Origin: a virus
Taxonomy: Duplodnaviria > Caudoviricetes
Reading direction: 5' to 3' (one strand)
Virus record (IMG/VR): IMGVR_UViG_3300027868_000010
Coordinates: 1 to 54,626 of that record
DNA: 54,626 nt
Numbering within the stretch: position 1 is the first letter of the stretch; each line of letters begins with the position of its first letter. A program made the position numbers and the translations under genes. Shown piece after piece: positions 9,257 to 18,827 of the stretch. The notes under the pieces were generated by a model, which was given only the letters and a program-made list of their open reading frames with translations, did not search any database and had not been told where the DNA came from.

Positions 9257-12241
9257 ATGGAAATTGTTATCGCCGCTGGCGGAATGCCATTCGGCCCTGA
9301 CACCCTCAAGTACAAGTCGCTTGGTGGGTCGGAAACCGCTGTCATAATGATGGCGAACGAACTCAAAGCGTTGGACCACCTTGTGACCGTCTTCTGCGAA
9401 CTCCCCGCCGAGGGTGAGCCAGATTACATCGACAACGGGGCCGATAGCTCCGAGGGCGTGCGATACGTTCACATAAACAACTACTCCGCGTACATCAGCA
9501 ACACGCAGTGCGACCTTTTGATCGCCTCGCGCGACCCGCGCATCGTCGCGGTCAACGCACAGGCCAGGAAGAAGGTTCTCTGGTGCCACGACATCGCCAC
9601 CCACCGGGGTCTCAAATCCGCGCTGGAACAATGCGCCTGGACAGTGGACGAGATATGGGCGGTGTCGGATTGGTATCGGCATCAGATCAACGAGGTCACC
9701 GACTACCCTTTGAACAGGATCAAGGTGGTTCCGAACGGCATCGTGCCCTGCCAAACCCTCCCCGCACCCCGGTCGGAGACTCAGCTTGTTTACGCGGCGC
9801 GTCCCGAGCGCGGCTTGGAGAACTTGATCCGGCCCGGCGGCATCATGGAGAGGCTTCCGGAATTCAATCTCAAGGTCGCCATGTACGCTCACTTCCCACC
9901 GGAAATGCAATCGTTTTACGAATGGTGTCATCTTCGAATTCAAGAGCTTCCCAATGTCGAGATCGTCGGTTCTCTCCGTCAGCAGGAAATGCGCCAGCTG
10001 CTCGCGGACAGCGCAGCATACATCTACCCGACCCAGTTCGAAGAGACCTCGTGCATCCTCGCGCGGGAATGCATCAGCGTGGAAACCCCGTTCCTGACGA
10101 CGATGGAAGGTGCTCTCGAAGAGACCCTGGGGAACTGCGGAACCTTCTTCGAGAAATGGTGCAATATGACCGAGGCAAAATTTGATGAGGTCGGGGATGA
10201 CGACTGGTGTCAATATTTCGCAGACTTCGTTCGGTATTGCCTGACCGACAAGATCGGGAAGTTCTCAGTCAGCAGCGCCGTCCAGTCGATGCCCCTCCGC
10301 GATGACCTATACTGGGACACCGGAGCCAGGATCGCGGTTGCCAACGCCAAGCCCGATCTGTCGCAGGTCTTCTCGCGGGCATGGTCGCTGGTGCAGGACG
10401 GGGATGTCATCCCTGCCTACGCGCTCCTGACCGAGCAGAGCCATCTTAATCTTCCGTCGAAGGAGTTGGCAAACCAAATTGAAGCTTTCTATCCGTTCAT
10501 TCTTCCCGAGGATGATAATGATTATGAAAATCTGGCTTCGTATTACAAGCGTTTCTACGCGATGAAGGAACCGGAGATTTGTTATGGGATCGATTACGCC
10601 AGGGGAACTCAACGCTTTGAAGCTATCAAGAAAACTATTGCTGAGACGACCAAGCCCGGCGACTTTATTGTCGAGTACGGATGTGGCGAAGGTCACGTCT
10701 CGGGCCCTCTTGCTCACGACTTTCCAGACAGAACCTTCGTCGCCTTCGACCATGTCGGGCAGAACGTGGATATGGTCAATCGATTCAGGGAAGATTTCGG
10801 AACCACGAACCTGACCGCTCACCAGATCGAGACGCCCCTGAACGCACTGAGTATCTTGGAAAACGAATACGCTCCCGAAGCTGACGCCGTGATATGTGTC
10901 GAGGTTCTGGAGCACTGCGTCCGACCGTGGGAGGTCGCTCAAGGTGTGGAAGCCATGTGTAAGCTTGGAGGACAGGTGATCATCACCACACCATACGGTG
11001 CTTGGGAGCCGATGACGTTCGCCGTGGTCAAGGACGAGTTCCAATGGCGCAATCACATCTGGCACCTGGACAAGAATGCGGCGCGCACCATGTTCGGTAA
11101 AAAGCCAGCCATGCAGATGATGTCCCTATCCAATGGGATGGGCGGCGACGGGCGCATGATCGGCAATCTATTCTATACCTATGAGGCTGATCACGAGGAA
11201 ATTCCACCCCTCAATCCGCTAAAAAAGGCGAGGGAAGCCCACTCCAGGCAGACAGTAGGCGCGGCTATCATCTGCATGAACGACGAGGATACCATCCTGC
11301 ACACGCTGCACAGCCTCGATAATCAGGTTCATTTCGTGCAGTTTGCAATGGGGCCGAGCACTGACCGGACACGACAGCTGATTGACCAGTTCTTTCAGGA
11401 CCACCCCCACATGCAATACCGCATCCTGAACGTTCCGAAAATACAGATCGCCACCAAGACGGACGACAAGTGGAACGAGGATGGCTTCGGGTTCGACGAC
11501 GCCCGCAACGCCAGCACGCAGGACTTGGCGGAATGGTTCGACTGGATCATGTGGATCGACACCGATGAATACCTATCCGGAAACATCGGTCGATACCTCC
11601 GTCCGAATAACCTCAGTGGATATATCATACCTCAACATCACTTCACCGTCGCCCCGCGCGGCGCGGCTATCCAGATTGATCGCCCTGCTCGTCTCTTCCG
11701 GACTGGCGCTGGGTACAAGGCTGTCGGTCATATCCATGAGCACTTCGAGGTTCCCAAGGGTGGCCCCGGGGAATGCTTCATGTTGACCGACGTCGACCTG
11801 GGTCACACCGGGTACGTCAATGAGGATATCAGGAAGGATCGCTTCCACCGAAACTTCCCATTCCTGGTGTGGGACCACGAGACGAATGACAGGAAGCTTG
11901 GGAAGTTCCTCTGGTTCCGCGATATCATTCACCGGATGCGTTGGGCGCACGCAGACAATCAAATGGAAGCGGCCCTTAAGCTGGCAAATGAGGGCAATGA
12001 GTATTACAATGAGAATTGGAAGGACATGGCGACGTTCGGTTCTGGCACGTTCCAGGCAATCGAATATCTCTCTGAAATCCGGAAGCTGCTGGGCACAGGC
12101 ATGGAAGTCGAACTGGGGCTGTCTCTCGATGATCGCAACTGCGTTCTCAAGGGTCGCTTCCTAGACACCGACGAACTGATGCGTGTGGTCAAGCAGATAC
12201 TTGACCCTGAATTTGAGCAACGAAGGAGCAAGTATTTCTAA
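9257..12241 (+). CDS. Multidomain glycosyltransferase: GT-B (GT4-like) + SAM methyltransferase + GT2 (SunS/GmaR-like)
   Basis: SLGGSETAV, LWCHD, PNGI, RPERGLENL, YIYPTQFEETSCILARE; VEYGCGEG, EVLEH; FDDARN, WIMWIDTDEY, HIHEH; start after GGAG SD. Confidence 0.88.
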   Translation: MEIVIAAGGMPFGPDTLKYKSLGGSETAVIMMANELKALDHLVTVFCELPAEGEPDYIDNGADSSEGVRYVHINNYSAYISNTQCDLLIASRDPRIVAVNAQARKKVLWCHDIATHRGLKSALEQCAWTVDEIWAVSDWYRHQINEVTDYPLNRIKVVPNGIVPCQTLPAPRSETQLVYAARPERGLENLIRPGGIMERLPEFNLKVAMYAHFPPEMQSFYEWCHLRIQELPNVEIVGSLRQQEMRQLLADSAAYIYPTQFEETSCILARECISVETPFLTTMEGALEETLGNCGTFFEKWCNMTEAKFDEVGDDDWCQYFADFVRYCLTDKIGKFSVSSAVQSMPLRDDLYWDTGARIAVANAKPDLSQVFSRAWSLVQDGDVIPAYALLTEQSHLNLPSKELANQIEAFYPFILPEDDNDYENLASYYKRFYAMKEPEICYGIDYARGTQRFEAIKKTIAETTKPGDFIVEYGCGEGHVSGPLAHDFPDRTFVAFDHVGQNVDMVNRFREDFGTTNLTAHQIETPLNALSILENEYAPEADAVICVEVLEHCVRPWEVAQGVEAMCKLGGQVIITTPYGAWEPMTFAVVKDEFQWRNHIWHLDKNAARTMFGKKPAMQMMSLSNGMGGDGRMIGNLFYTYEADHEEIPPLNPLKKAREAHSRQTVGAAIICMNDEDTILHTLHSLDNQVHFVQFAMGPSTDRTRQLIDQFFQDHPHMQYRILNVPKIQIATKTDDKWNEDGFGFDDARNASTQDLAEWFDWIMWIDTDEYLSGNIGRYLRPNNLSGYIIPQHHFTVAPRGAAIQIDRPARLFRTGAGYKAVGHIHEHFEVPKGGPGECFMLTDVDLGHTGYVNEDIRKDRFHRNFPFLVWDHETNDRKLGKFLWFRDIIHRMRWAHADNQMEAALKLANEGNEYYNENWKDMATFGSGTFQAIEYLSEIRKLLGTGMEVELGLSLDDRNCVLKGRFLDTDELMRVVKQILDPEFEQRRSKYF

Positions 12242-12750
12242 TGGCCTATGCAACGATCACCGACGTATTCGCGCGCTACAAACCCATCGGCTCTATGGTC
12301 GGGGCGGGTTCTCTGGATGTCTCCAGTGATGATGTAGCATCGATATTCATCTCTGATGCAGAGAGCTTCATGAACGCATTCCTCGCCGCCCGGTATGAGA
12401 CGCCGGTCGTCGCGGAGCCTATCGTGACGATGATTGCCTCAGACTTTGCTATCGCGAATATGCTGTTCGAAAAGCTTGGACAGCTACCTGACTTCATGCA
12501 GGGTCGGTATGATCGGGGCCTGAAATATCTCGAGGACTTGAGGGACGGGAAGATGCTGTTGAACACGGCGTCGCAGACCCTTCTCTCTTCGGGGGACAAT
12601 GAGGCTTGGTCCTCGACGGGGAGCTATCATACGATCTTCTCCCCGGTCCTCAACGAACTGGATCAGGCGGTTGACCGCGACCACGTCAACGCTGACCGGG
12701 ACGCGCGGGACGGCGACGGACCCCTGGGCACTGATGGGTGTCCGGTGTGA
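12241..12750 (+). CDS. Head-tail connector, Mu gp36/DUF1320-like
   Basis: MAYATITDV, FLAARYETP, RYDRGLKYLEDLRDGK. Confidence 0.8.
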   Translation: MAYATITDVFARYKPIGSMVGAGSLDVSSDDVASIFISDAESFMNAFLAARYETPVVAEPIVTMIASDFAIANMLFEKLGQLPDFMQGRYDRGLKYLEDLRDGKMLLNTASQTLLSSGDNEAWSSTGSYHTIFSPVLNELDQAVDRDHVNADRDARDGDGPLGTDGCPV

Positions 12751-13271
12751 CGACGATCCGCGTAACAGGACTGGTCGAGACGCGCGAGGGTTTGGTCAAG
12801 ATACGCAGGGAACTGCGAAAGACCAAGTCCCTATTCAATATGTTCGGTCGCGGCATCAGAGACGACGCCCGCAATCGGATCACGACACAAGACAACGGGA
12901 CATATCCGAAGCTTGGGAAATGGGCCAGGGCCAGGACAGGACGACGGAAGGCCCTGATCACGGAGAGGAAGAATATCTCGTTCAAGCTGGTCGGGAACAA
13001 CCTCGTAATCGGACACACGGCGACGGGCTGGAACATTCAGGACCATGAGAAAGGGTTCACGACGCCGGGCTTCGTCGGCAAGCCGGTCACGATACCATTG
13101 AGAAACCCGAACGCCCTGGAAGGGGTGACCGGAAACAGCATATCGATCCGCCGGGCCAAGGCGAGTAATGTCCCTGCCCGACGAGTGTTTGCTACAGAGC
13201 GAGAAGCTGTGAAGATTATGCAACCTATAGCTGATGCGTGGCTCAAGAAGATAATTGCGAGGACAAGGTGA
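12738..13271 (+). CDS. Virion morphogenesis/tail completion protein (Mu gpG-like)
   Basis: Basic neck protein with HEKG and VPARRVF motifs. Confidence 0.7.
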   Translation: MSGVTTIRVTGLVETREGLVKIRRELRKTKSLFNMFGRGIRDDARNRITTQDNGTYPKLGKWARARTGRRKALITERKNISFKLVGNNLVIGHTATGWNIQDHEKGFTTPGFVGKPVTIPLRNPNALEGVTGNSISIRRAKASNVPARRVFATEREAVKIMQPIADAWLKKIIARTR

Positions 13272-13702
13272 TAGATTACAATGGGATAGGCGAGAGCCTT
13301 CGGACCTTGATCGAGACCAATGTGACGGCTCTCGAGTTGGTTCGCTATGAGGGCGACGAGCGCGATGTCGGCATCCACAATATGCCCTATTGCGACGTGG
13401 TCTTGCAGCGTTCTGACCCCGAACTTCGTGCGGGAAATGAGTATGTTGTGAGCGCAACCTACGTCTGCACGCTTATTGCCTTCGACTTTACTTCCCATAA
13501 TGAAGCCGCTACACTGCGGAATAGCTTGGTTAAGCTGGCTCAAGACGCTATCAGGGCGAACCCCGGATTTGACACAGACCTTGAGACTTCTCAACTAGGC
13601 CCGGCAGAATTTGCAAATGCCAGGGATGACGAAAGCAAGTCGTTCGTGGCGATGGCTGAATTCGAGGTTGATGTCCTCGTGTTCGTCCCGGCTATAACCT
13701 AG
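13268..13702 (+). CDS. Putative tail terminator
   Basis: Acidic ~144-aa ORF directly before the tail tube; GTGA overlap. Confidence 0.55.
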   Translation: MIDYNGIGESLRTLIETNVTALELVRYEGDERDVGIHNMPYCDVVLQRSDPELRAGNEYVVSATYVCTLIAFDFTSHNEAATLRNSLVKLAQDAIRANPGFDTDLETSQLGPAEFANARDDESKSFVAMAEFEVDVLVFVPAIT

Positions 13703-13711
13703 GAGAATAAA

Positions 13712-14794
13712 ATGGCATCCGGAACAGGTGGACAGATTGGCTTCGCGAAGGTCACGTCTATTGGGAATAACATCAATAGTGTTAATCTCTGGACGAACTT
13801 CGTTTCAGAAAGCATGGAACATACTCTCGAAGAACTCGAAGAGGGTTCGATTACGGGTCGCCGCGACGCGCCCCCGTCCCACAAGGGCATCGACTTCGGC
13901 GGTGGAGACATCGTCATGGAGCCGAACCCCAATGCGATGGGCGTTCTGTTGCATGCAGCCATCGGCGCGGACGTCTCTTCCATGATCACGAACGCTGGCT
14001 CGACCGGCGCGAACTCAGGTTCGGAAGCTGGCAAGCCTCAGTTCTATCACAATTTCATTCCTCGTCAGGCCGCGCATTCTCCGACCGCGTTCTTGGAGCC
14101 GATTGCTGCGATGGTCTATCGCGACGTTGGTTCTGCGTTCCAGTTCAACGGCAGCATCGTCACGGGTCTGGAACTCAACTTCCAAGCCGGTGCCCTCCTG
14201 GCAATGACGGCGACATTGATGTCGAAGAACGTCACGCGCATCGAGCGCATCGCCGCGATCAACTCCCTGGTCTCTTCCGGCGGCAAGCCGTGGGTCTGGG
14301 ACATGACTTCGATTGAGGTCTCCACCGATACCACGTCCGCGAACCTCGCGGCCAACGCCAACTTCGAGCAGCTGACCCTGTCCATCGAAGTTCCTCACGA
14401 GGGGGTCGTCCTGCTTGACGGCACGAAAAAGTACGCTGAATTCCAGCCGAATGATTTCCGCCGGATGAATATCAGCGGGACGCTCTCGTTCGCTTCGCAC
14501 GCCGAATACGATGCGTTCATCGCATACGAGTCCCGGCGCATGCGGATCACGACCATGAATGTCAACAGCGGCATGAGCATCGGCAATATTGCTTCGCTGG
14601 ACACTTCGATATTCCTGGGCTATTACGGTCTCCGGGTTCACATTCCGAGCATGAAGTTCCTTTCCTTCTCCGCTCCGATGGGTGGCCCCAACCGTATCGT
14701 GTCGACCTTTACCGCGAAGGCCGAGTACGACTCCACGATTGGTGAAATGTTCCGCATCCAGCTGAACAACGTCACGAGCGGCTACGAGAACTAA
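13712..14794 (+). CDS. Major tail tube protein
   Basis: GQIGFAK, FVSESM, GGDIVMEP, RRMNISGTLSF; AGGAG SD; precedes chaperone and tape measure genes. Confidence 0.8.
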   Translation: MASGTGGQIGFAKVTSIGNNINSVNLWTNFVSESMEHTLEELEEGSITGRRDAPPSHKGIDFGGGDIVMEPNPNAMGVLLHAAIGADVSSMITNAGSTGANSGSEAGKPQFYHNFIPRQAAHSPTAFLEPIAAMVYRDVGSAFQFNGSIVTGLELNFQAGALLAMTATLMSKNVTRIERIAAINSLVSSGGKPWVWDMTSIEVSTDTTSANLAANANFEQLTLSIEVPHEGVVLLDGTKKYAEFQPNDFRRMNISGTLSFASHAEYDAFIAYESRRMRITTMNVNSGMSIGNIASLDTSIFLGYYGLRVHIPSMKFLSFSAPMGGPNRIVSTFTAKAEYDSTIGEMFRIQLNNVTSGYEN

Positions 14795-14805
14795 GTTTAT
14801 CAAAC

Positions 14806-14840
14806 GGAGGAAAGGTACACTCACACTGCACCTTTCCTCC
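14806..14840 (+). terminator. Strong hairpin after the tail tube gene (no U-tract; attenuator or mRNA stabiliser)
   Basis: GGAGGAAAGGT...ACCTTTCCTCC. Confidence 0.5.
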
Positions 14841-14866
14841 AAAACTTAAACCAAGAGGGCACTCTT

Positions 14867-15286
14867 ATGAGAATTCCGTTTTCCAAACAGACCACGTATG
14901 TCCCCGAGTGGAGGGGCAACGACAAGCTCGCACCGGCAGATCAGATCACTGCCACCATCAGACCGATGAACGTCGCCGATCTGATCTTCCTGATCGACGC
15001 GTTCAACGAGGCCGGCGTAGCCGGTGAGACCGAGGTCTCCGATATGTCCACGGACCAGTTGAAGCCCATCGTCAAAACGACGGGACACCTGTTGCCCACG
15101 TATGTCGATGTTCAAAATCTTTTCGACGGCGAGGGGAATATCCTTGAGGTTGACAGCGTTGTCGGCTTCCCGTTCTTCCTGAACCTCGCCGCGGAACTTC
15201 TGATGAAGCTGTCCGAGTTCTCTTCGCCATCGGATGACGACATGGGAAACTCGAGCGCGCCGCCCGATGGGGAAGCAACCCCCTGA
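14867..15286 (+). CDS. Tail assembly chaperone (G-like)
   Basis: Between tube and tape measure genes; slippery GGGAAAC near the 3' end. Confidence 0.78.
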   Translation: MRIPFSKQTTYVPEWRGNDKLAPADQITATIRPMNVADLIFLIDAFNEAGVAGETEVSDMSTDQLKPIVKTTGHLLPTYVDVQNLFDGEGNILEVDSVVGFPFFLNLAAELLMKLSEFSSPSDDDMGNSSAPPDGEATP

Positions 15287-15510
15287 CATCGTCTCGTATC
15301 GCTGAGATACGGACAAGTCAACGGTCGGCGCAGTTCTATTTAGGCTGGTTTTTCAAGTGCTATAGGTCGTCCGAGCAGGGGTGGTTCGCCTATCAAACCC
15401 CTGACGGACAGGCTATAATGTATCAGGATGCGTTCTTCTGGTCCTGCCTCGACATCCTGGGGCGGACTATGAACAGGATGCTTATTGAGGAACAGAATAG
15501 GCCGCGATAA
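15244..15510 (+). CDS. -1 frameshift extension of the tail chaperone (GT-like)
   Basis: In-frame G GGA AAC at 15244-15250; the -1 frame is open for 88 codons to TAA at 15508-15510, 1 nt before the tape measure ATG. Confidence 0.78.
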   Translation, partial: GKLERAARWGSNPLTSSRIAEIRTSQRSAQFYLGWFFKCYRSSEQGWFAYQTPDGQAIMYQDAFFWSCLDILGRTMNRMLIEEQNRPR

Positions 15511-15511
15511 C

Positions 15512-18247
15512 ATGGCATTTAATATCGGCATCAACATTACCGCCAACAACAAGACCAACGCTCCGCTCAAGCAAGCGGAGAAGAACGTCGACAAGATTGG
15601 CAAGACGGCGAAGCGGGCGACGAGTTCGATCAAGGGCTTCCGACTGGCACTTGGTCTGCTCGCCGTTGGCACGCTTGTCCGTGTGTCGAAGGGCCTTGTC
15701 CAGGTCATCGGTGATATGCAGCAGATGTTCATTCGTTTGACCGCCGTCGAGGGTGGAGCCAAGAAGGCGCGCGTGACATTCGACAGATTATTTAAGACGT
15801 TCGGCTCAACCCCATTCTCAATTGACGCGGTTACTGATAGTTTCACGCGACTGCGCGCCGCCGGCATTGAAAGCGAGGTCGCGTTCCGATCCATTCAGTT
15901 CGGCGCTGACGCCATCGCTGCGTTTGGTGGAACGTCCGAGGAATTGAAACGGTTCTCGATTGGTCTCCAGCAGGTCGCTGGTAAGGGTGTCCTGTCGATG
16001 GAAGAATTGCGCCAGCAGATTGGTGAAGCCCTGCCTGTCGCCATGCGCGTGTTCGCCACTGAGAGCGGCAAGTCGATCTCCCAGGTCATCGCCGCCGTCG
16101 AGAAGGGTGAGATCGCATCGCTTGACTTCATCACGACATTGAATTCTGGTTTGGAAAAAGAGTTCGGCGGCTTCGCGCAGAGCCTGGGTAGCACCGTTCT
16201 TGGTTCTATCCAGGGGGCGTTCTCCAAAGCGAAGAAGGCCCTGTTCGAATTCTCTGACGCCAACACCGACGTGACCGCTCGCCTCGCCGCTACGTTCCAG
16301 AACATCGGAACGGCGACTGCCGACTGGATCAAAACCCTCAATCAAGATGACGTCGATAAGTTTTTCAGTCTCCTTGTTCAGGGTGTGGACGTCGTCAAGG
16401 TAATGGTAGAGGCGTTGAGGATTTTGGCGAACGGTGTTATCTGGCTGTCTCAAAAAATATCCAATATTAATAAAGACTGGAACGAGTTTTTCACGGTTAT
16501 CAAGACTGGGTTCGCTGGGTTTGGAGAATTGTTCAGCACGGCAGACGATCCAACCCCTAAGTTTTTGACCGACGAGCAAGTTGCCAAGACGATAAGGGAT
16601 ACCTCTGACGCAGCTAAAGGCGCGGCGAACAGTATGACCCTGTTCGGCAAAGAGATCATCGGAACCAAAGAACAGGCCGATGCAATTCAGGAAAGCCTGG
16701 ACAAGGTCAAAAACAGAACCGACAAGTCTCGCTTCGCAATCGAAGGTTTGGGGAAGGTAGCAACGCGCTCGCGCGAACAGCTTCGCGACATGGACAAAGC
16801 CTTGAAGGCAGGGTCAGCAGCCGCTTCGACATTCCCATTTATAAAAACTGCCGAGACAGGTCTGAACCGAATTAACAAACTGCTTGGAACGCTGAAGTCG
16901 AGTAGGAAGAAGCTTGCCGATCTCAAGGCTAAGCCCATCCTGAGTGAGCGGGACGTCGCAAACATTAAAGCCCTGTCCTCCGAGATTGCAGACTTCGAAG
17001 GGTTGGCTGCGAGCGCCAGGAAAGAAATTCAGAAGACGAGAGATATCGCATTGTCCAAGGAGGTTGCGAAGGTCAACGCTCGCACTGGTGAAGTGCTCGA
17101 GAAATACAGGAAACTGACGCAGGGAACCGACGAGTGGAAGAACAAGATCGACGCGGTCAATGCGAAGTTCAAAGATATCGGAGCCGACATTGCGAAGCAG
17201 ATACAGCTGGAGAAGGCCCTGCTCGCCGCTGGTGCTGCTGATCTTGGTCAACTCGATAGGTTGCTCGCCGCCCAGAAGTCTATCAACGCCGAGAACTTAA
17301 AAGCAGTGGACCTGATCCGCGAACAGAAGGAATTGCGGTCTCAGACACTCGCCATTCAGATGAAGTTGAACGACGCGCAGACCAAGGCGCAGGTCACTCA
17401 GTTGAACCGTCAGGCGCGCGGTGGCCTCGCCATCCTTACGTCAAGTGAACGTGGCGACGAGGTCGAAGATCGCCGGAACGAACTGAACATTTCCATCCTT
17501 CAAACCAAAAAACAGATCGCGCAGATCAACGAGAAGCTTAAGAAGGCGACTGGTGATCAAGCCAAGTTCCTCGAGAACCAGAAGGCGAACCTCGAGAAGG
17601 TTGCGGCGGCGCAGAACAATGCCCTGGCAGCTACCACTGAGGCCGGCCTCCTTGCTCGTGACCTGTGGCTGGGCGTGCGCGACGCGATGGACAGCGTATT
17701 GAACGACGGCATCAAGGGCTTGATCAAGGGAACGACGACGTTCGCAGAGGTCACACAGGCTGCGTTCGACAAGATCACCGACGCGGCTATCGACTATCTG
17801 ATCGAGCTTGTCAAAATTCAACTCCGCACCGCTGCGATCAACGCGCTCAATTCTCAGAACAGTAGCGGTGGCGGTGGTGGTGGTGGTGGTGGAGATGGTA
17901 GCAGCGCGCTCTTCAAAACCATCGGTGGTCTCGCCGCGTCATTCTTCGGTGGCTCTGCCAATGGCAACGCGTTCAAGGGCAAGGTCAAGCCGTTCGCAGA
18001 TGGCGGCATCATTCGTGGTCCGACGATGTTCGGTCTCGCTGGCGAGGCTGGCACCGAAGCGATCATGCCGTTGACGCGCGTGGGTGGTAAGCTTGGTGTG
18101 AAGTCTGACGGCAGTGGTGGTGGAGACAATTTCAATATCACAATTCAGGCCATCGATCAGAAGTCTGGAGCCGAGTTCCTTCGCAGCAACTCCGACCAGA
18201 TCGCCAGGGCCATGCAGTCTCAGCGAAACCTGAACCGAGGACGATAA
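15512..18247 (+). CDS. Tape measure protein
   Basis: TPFSIDAVTDSF, QVAGKGVLSMEELRQQIGE, long helical region, C-terminal FADGGI..GPT..AGEAGTEAIMPL. Confidence 0.92.
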   Translation: MAFNIGINITANNKTNAPLKQAEKNVDKIGKTAKRATSSIKGFRLALGLLAVGTLVRVSKGLVQVIGDMQQMFIRLTAVEGGAKKARVTFDRLFKTFGSTPFSIDAVTDSFTRLRAAGIESEVAFRSIQFGADAIAAFGGTSEELKRFSIGLQQVAGKGVLSMEELRQQIGEALPVAMRVFATESGKSISQVIAAVEKGEIASLDFITTLNSGLEKEFGGFAQSLGSTVLGSIQGAFSKAKKALFEFSDANTDVTARLAATFQNIGTATADWIKTLNQDDVDKFFSLLVQGVDVVKVMVEALRILANGVIWLSQKISNINKDWNEFFTVIKTGFAGFGELFSTADDPTPKFLTDEQVAKTIRDTSDAAKGAANSMTLFGKEIIGTKEQADAIQESLDKVKNRTDKSRFAIEGLGKVATRSREQLRDMDKALKAGSAAASTFPFIKTAETGLNRINKLLGTLKSSRKKLADLKAKPILSERDVANIKALSSEIADFEGLAASARKEIQKTRDIALSKEVAKVNARTGEVLEKYRKLTQGTDEWKNKIDAVNAKFKDIGADIAKQIQLEKALLAAGAADLGQLDRLLAAQKSINAENLKAVDLIREQKELRSQTLAIQMKLNDAQTKAQVTQLNRQARGGLAILTSSERGDEVEDRRNELNISILQTKKQIAQINEKLKKATGDQAKFLENQKANLEKVAAAQNNALAATTEAGLLARDLWLGVRDAMDSVLNDGIKGLIKGTTTFAEVTQAAFDKITDAAIDYLIELVKIQLRTAAINALNSQNSSGGGGGGGGGDGSSALFKTIGGLAASFFGGSANGNAFKGKVKPFADGGIIRGPTMFGLAGEAGTEAIMPLTRVGGKLGVKSDGSGGGDNFNITIQAIDQKSGAEFLRSNSDQIARAMQSQRNLNRGR

Positions 18248-18248
18248 G

Positions 18249-18827
18249 ATGGCTCTCAATATCTTCCCGACATCACCCCTGCCCGCTGGCTTAAATCGTG
18301 AGTGGGCCTGGAACGAGAATATCGCTCAGTATGATAGCGGCGAGCAGCAGGGGATTTCTCCCTGGATACGTCCGCTCGCCCGGTACTCTGTGCCGTGGAA
18401 GAACATCAGCGACTTAACGCAGGATGGACTTTCGAGCTTCTACAATTTACAGAAGGGTCGAACCACTCCGTTCCTTATGAAAGACCCGGATGAGTTCCGC
18501 GTCAACTCTGTCTTCGTTACATCGGGCGCTGTCACGGAACCAGCCAGCCTGGGGATGTTTGATCTGTCTTCGTTCTTCATGCGCGTGGACACCACGACCA
18601 TTGGATCGATGACGTCGAATAAATCTGGTTTCGTTACACTCGGCAACGAATACGATTACGATCAAGACACGGGGAACCTCACGGTCAAGAGTATCGACAC
18701 GGATGACTATTGGACGGCTACGTCTCTGCAACATTTCAAGAAGTGCGTGTTCGACAGCAAGTACCAAGAGAACGTCATCATCTGGGGCCAGTTTTCAATC
18801 AGGCTGGCGATAAAGGAATTGCCATGA
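18249..18827 (+). CDS. Distal tail protein (DUF2460/GTA g12-like)
   Basis: SGEQQ...W..P..RY, FYN..KGR..PFLMKDP; follows the tape measure gene. Confidence 0.72.
   Translation: MALNIFPTSPLPAGLNREWAWNENIAQYDSGEQQGISPWIRPLARYSVPWKNISDLTQDGLSSFYNLQKGRTTPFLMKDPDEFRVNSVFVTSGAVTEPASLGMFDLSSFFMRVDTTTIGSMTSNKSGFVTLGNEYDYDQDTGNLTVKSIDTDDYWTATSLQHFKKCVFDSKYQENVIIWGQFSIRLAIKELP

Noticed and set aside
9239-10213. Long minus-strand ORFs (also 7065-7892, 14015-14842, 27495-28409)
   Set aside because: Antisense shadows of well-supported plus-strand genes, with no motifs or SD sequences
17864-17893. GGT microsatellite in the tape measure gene
   Set aside because: In-frame poly-Gly linker; length changes would not switch phase
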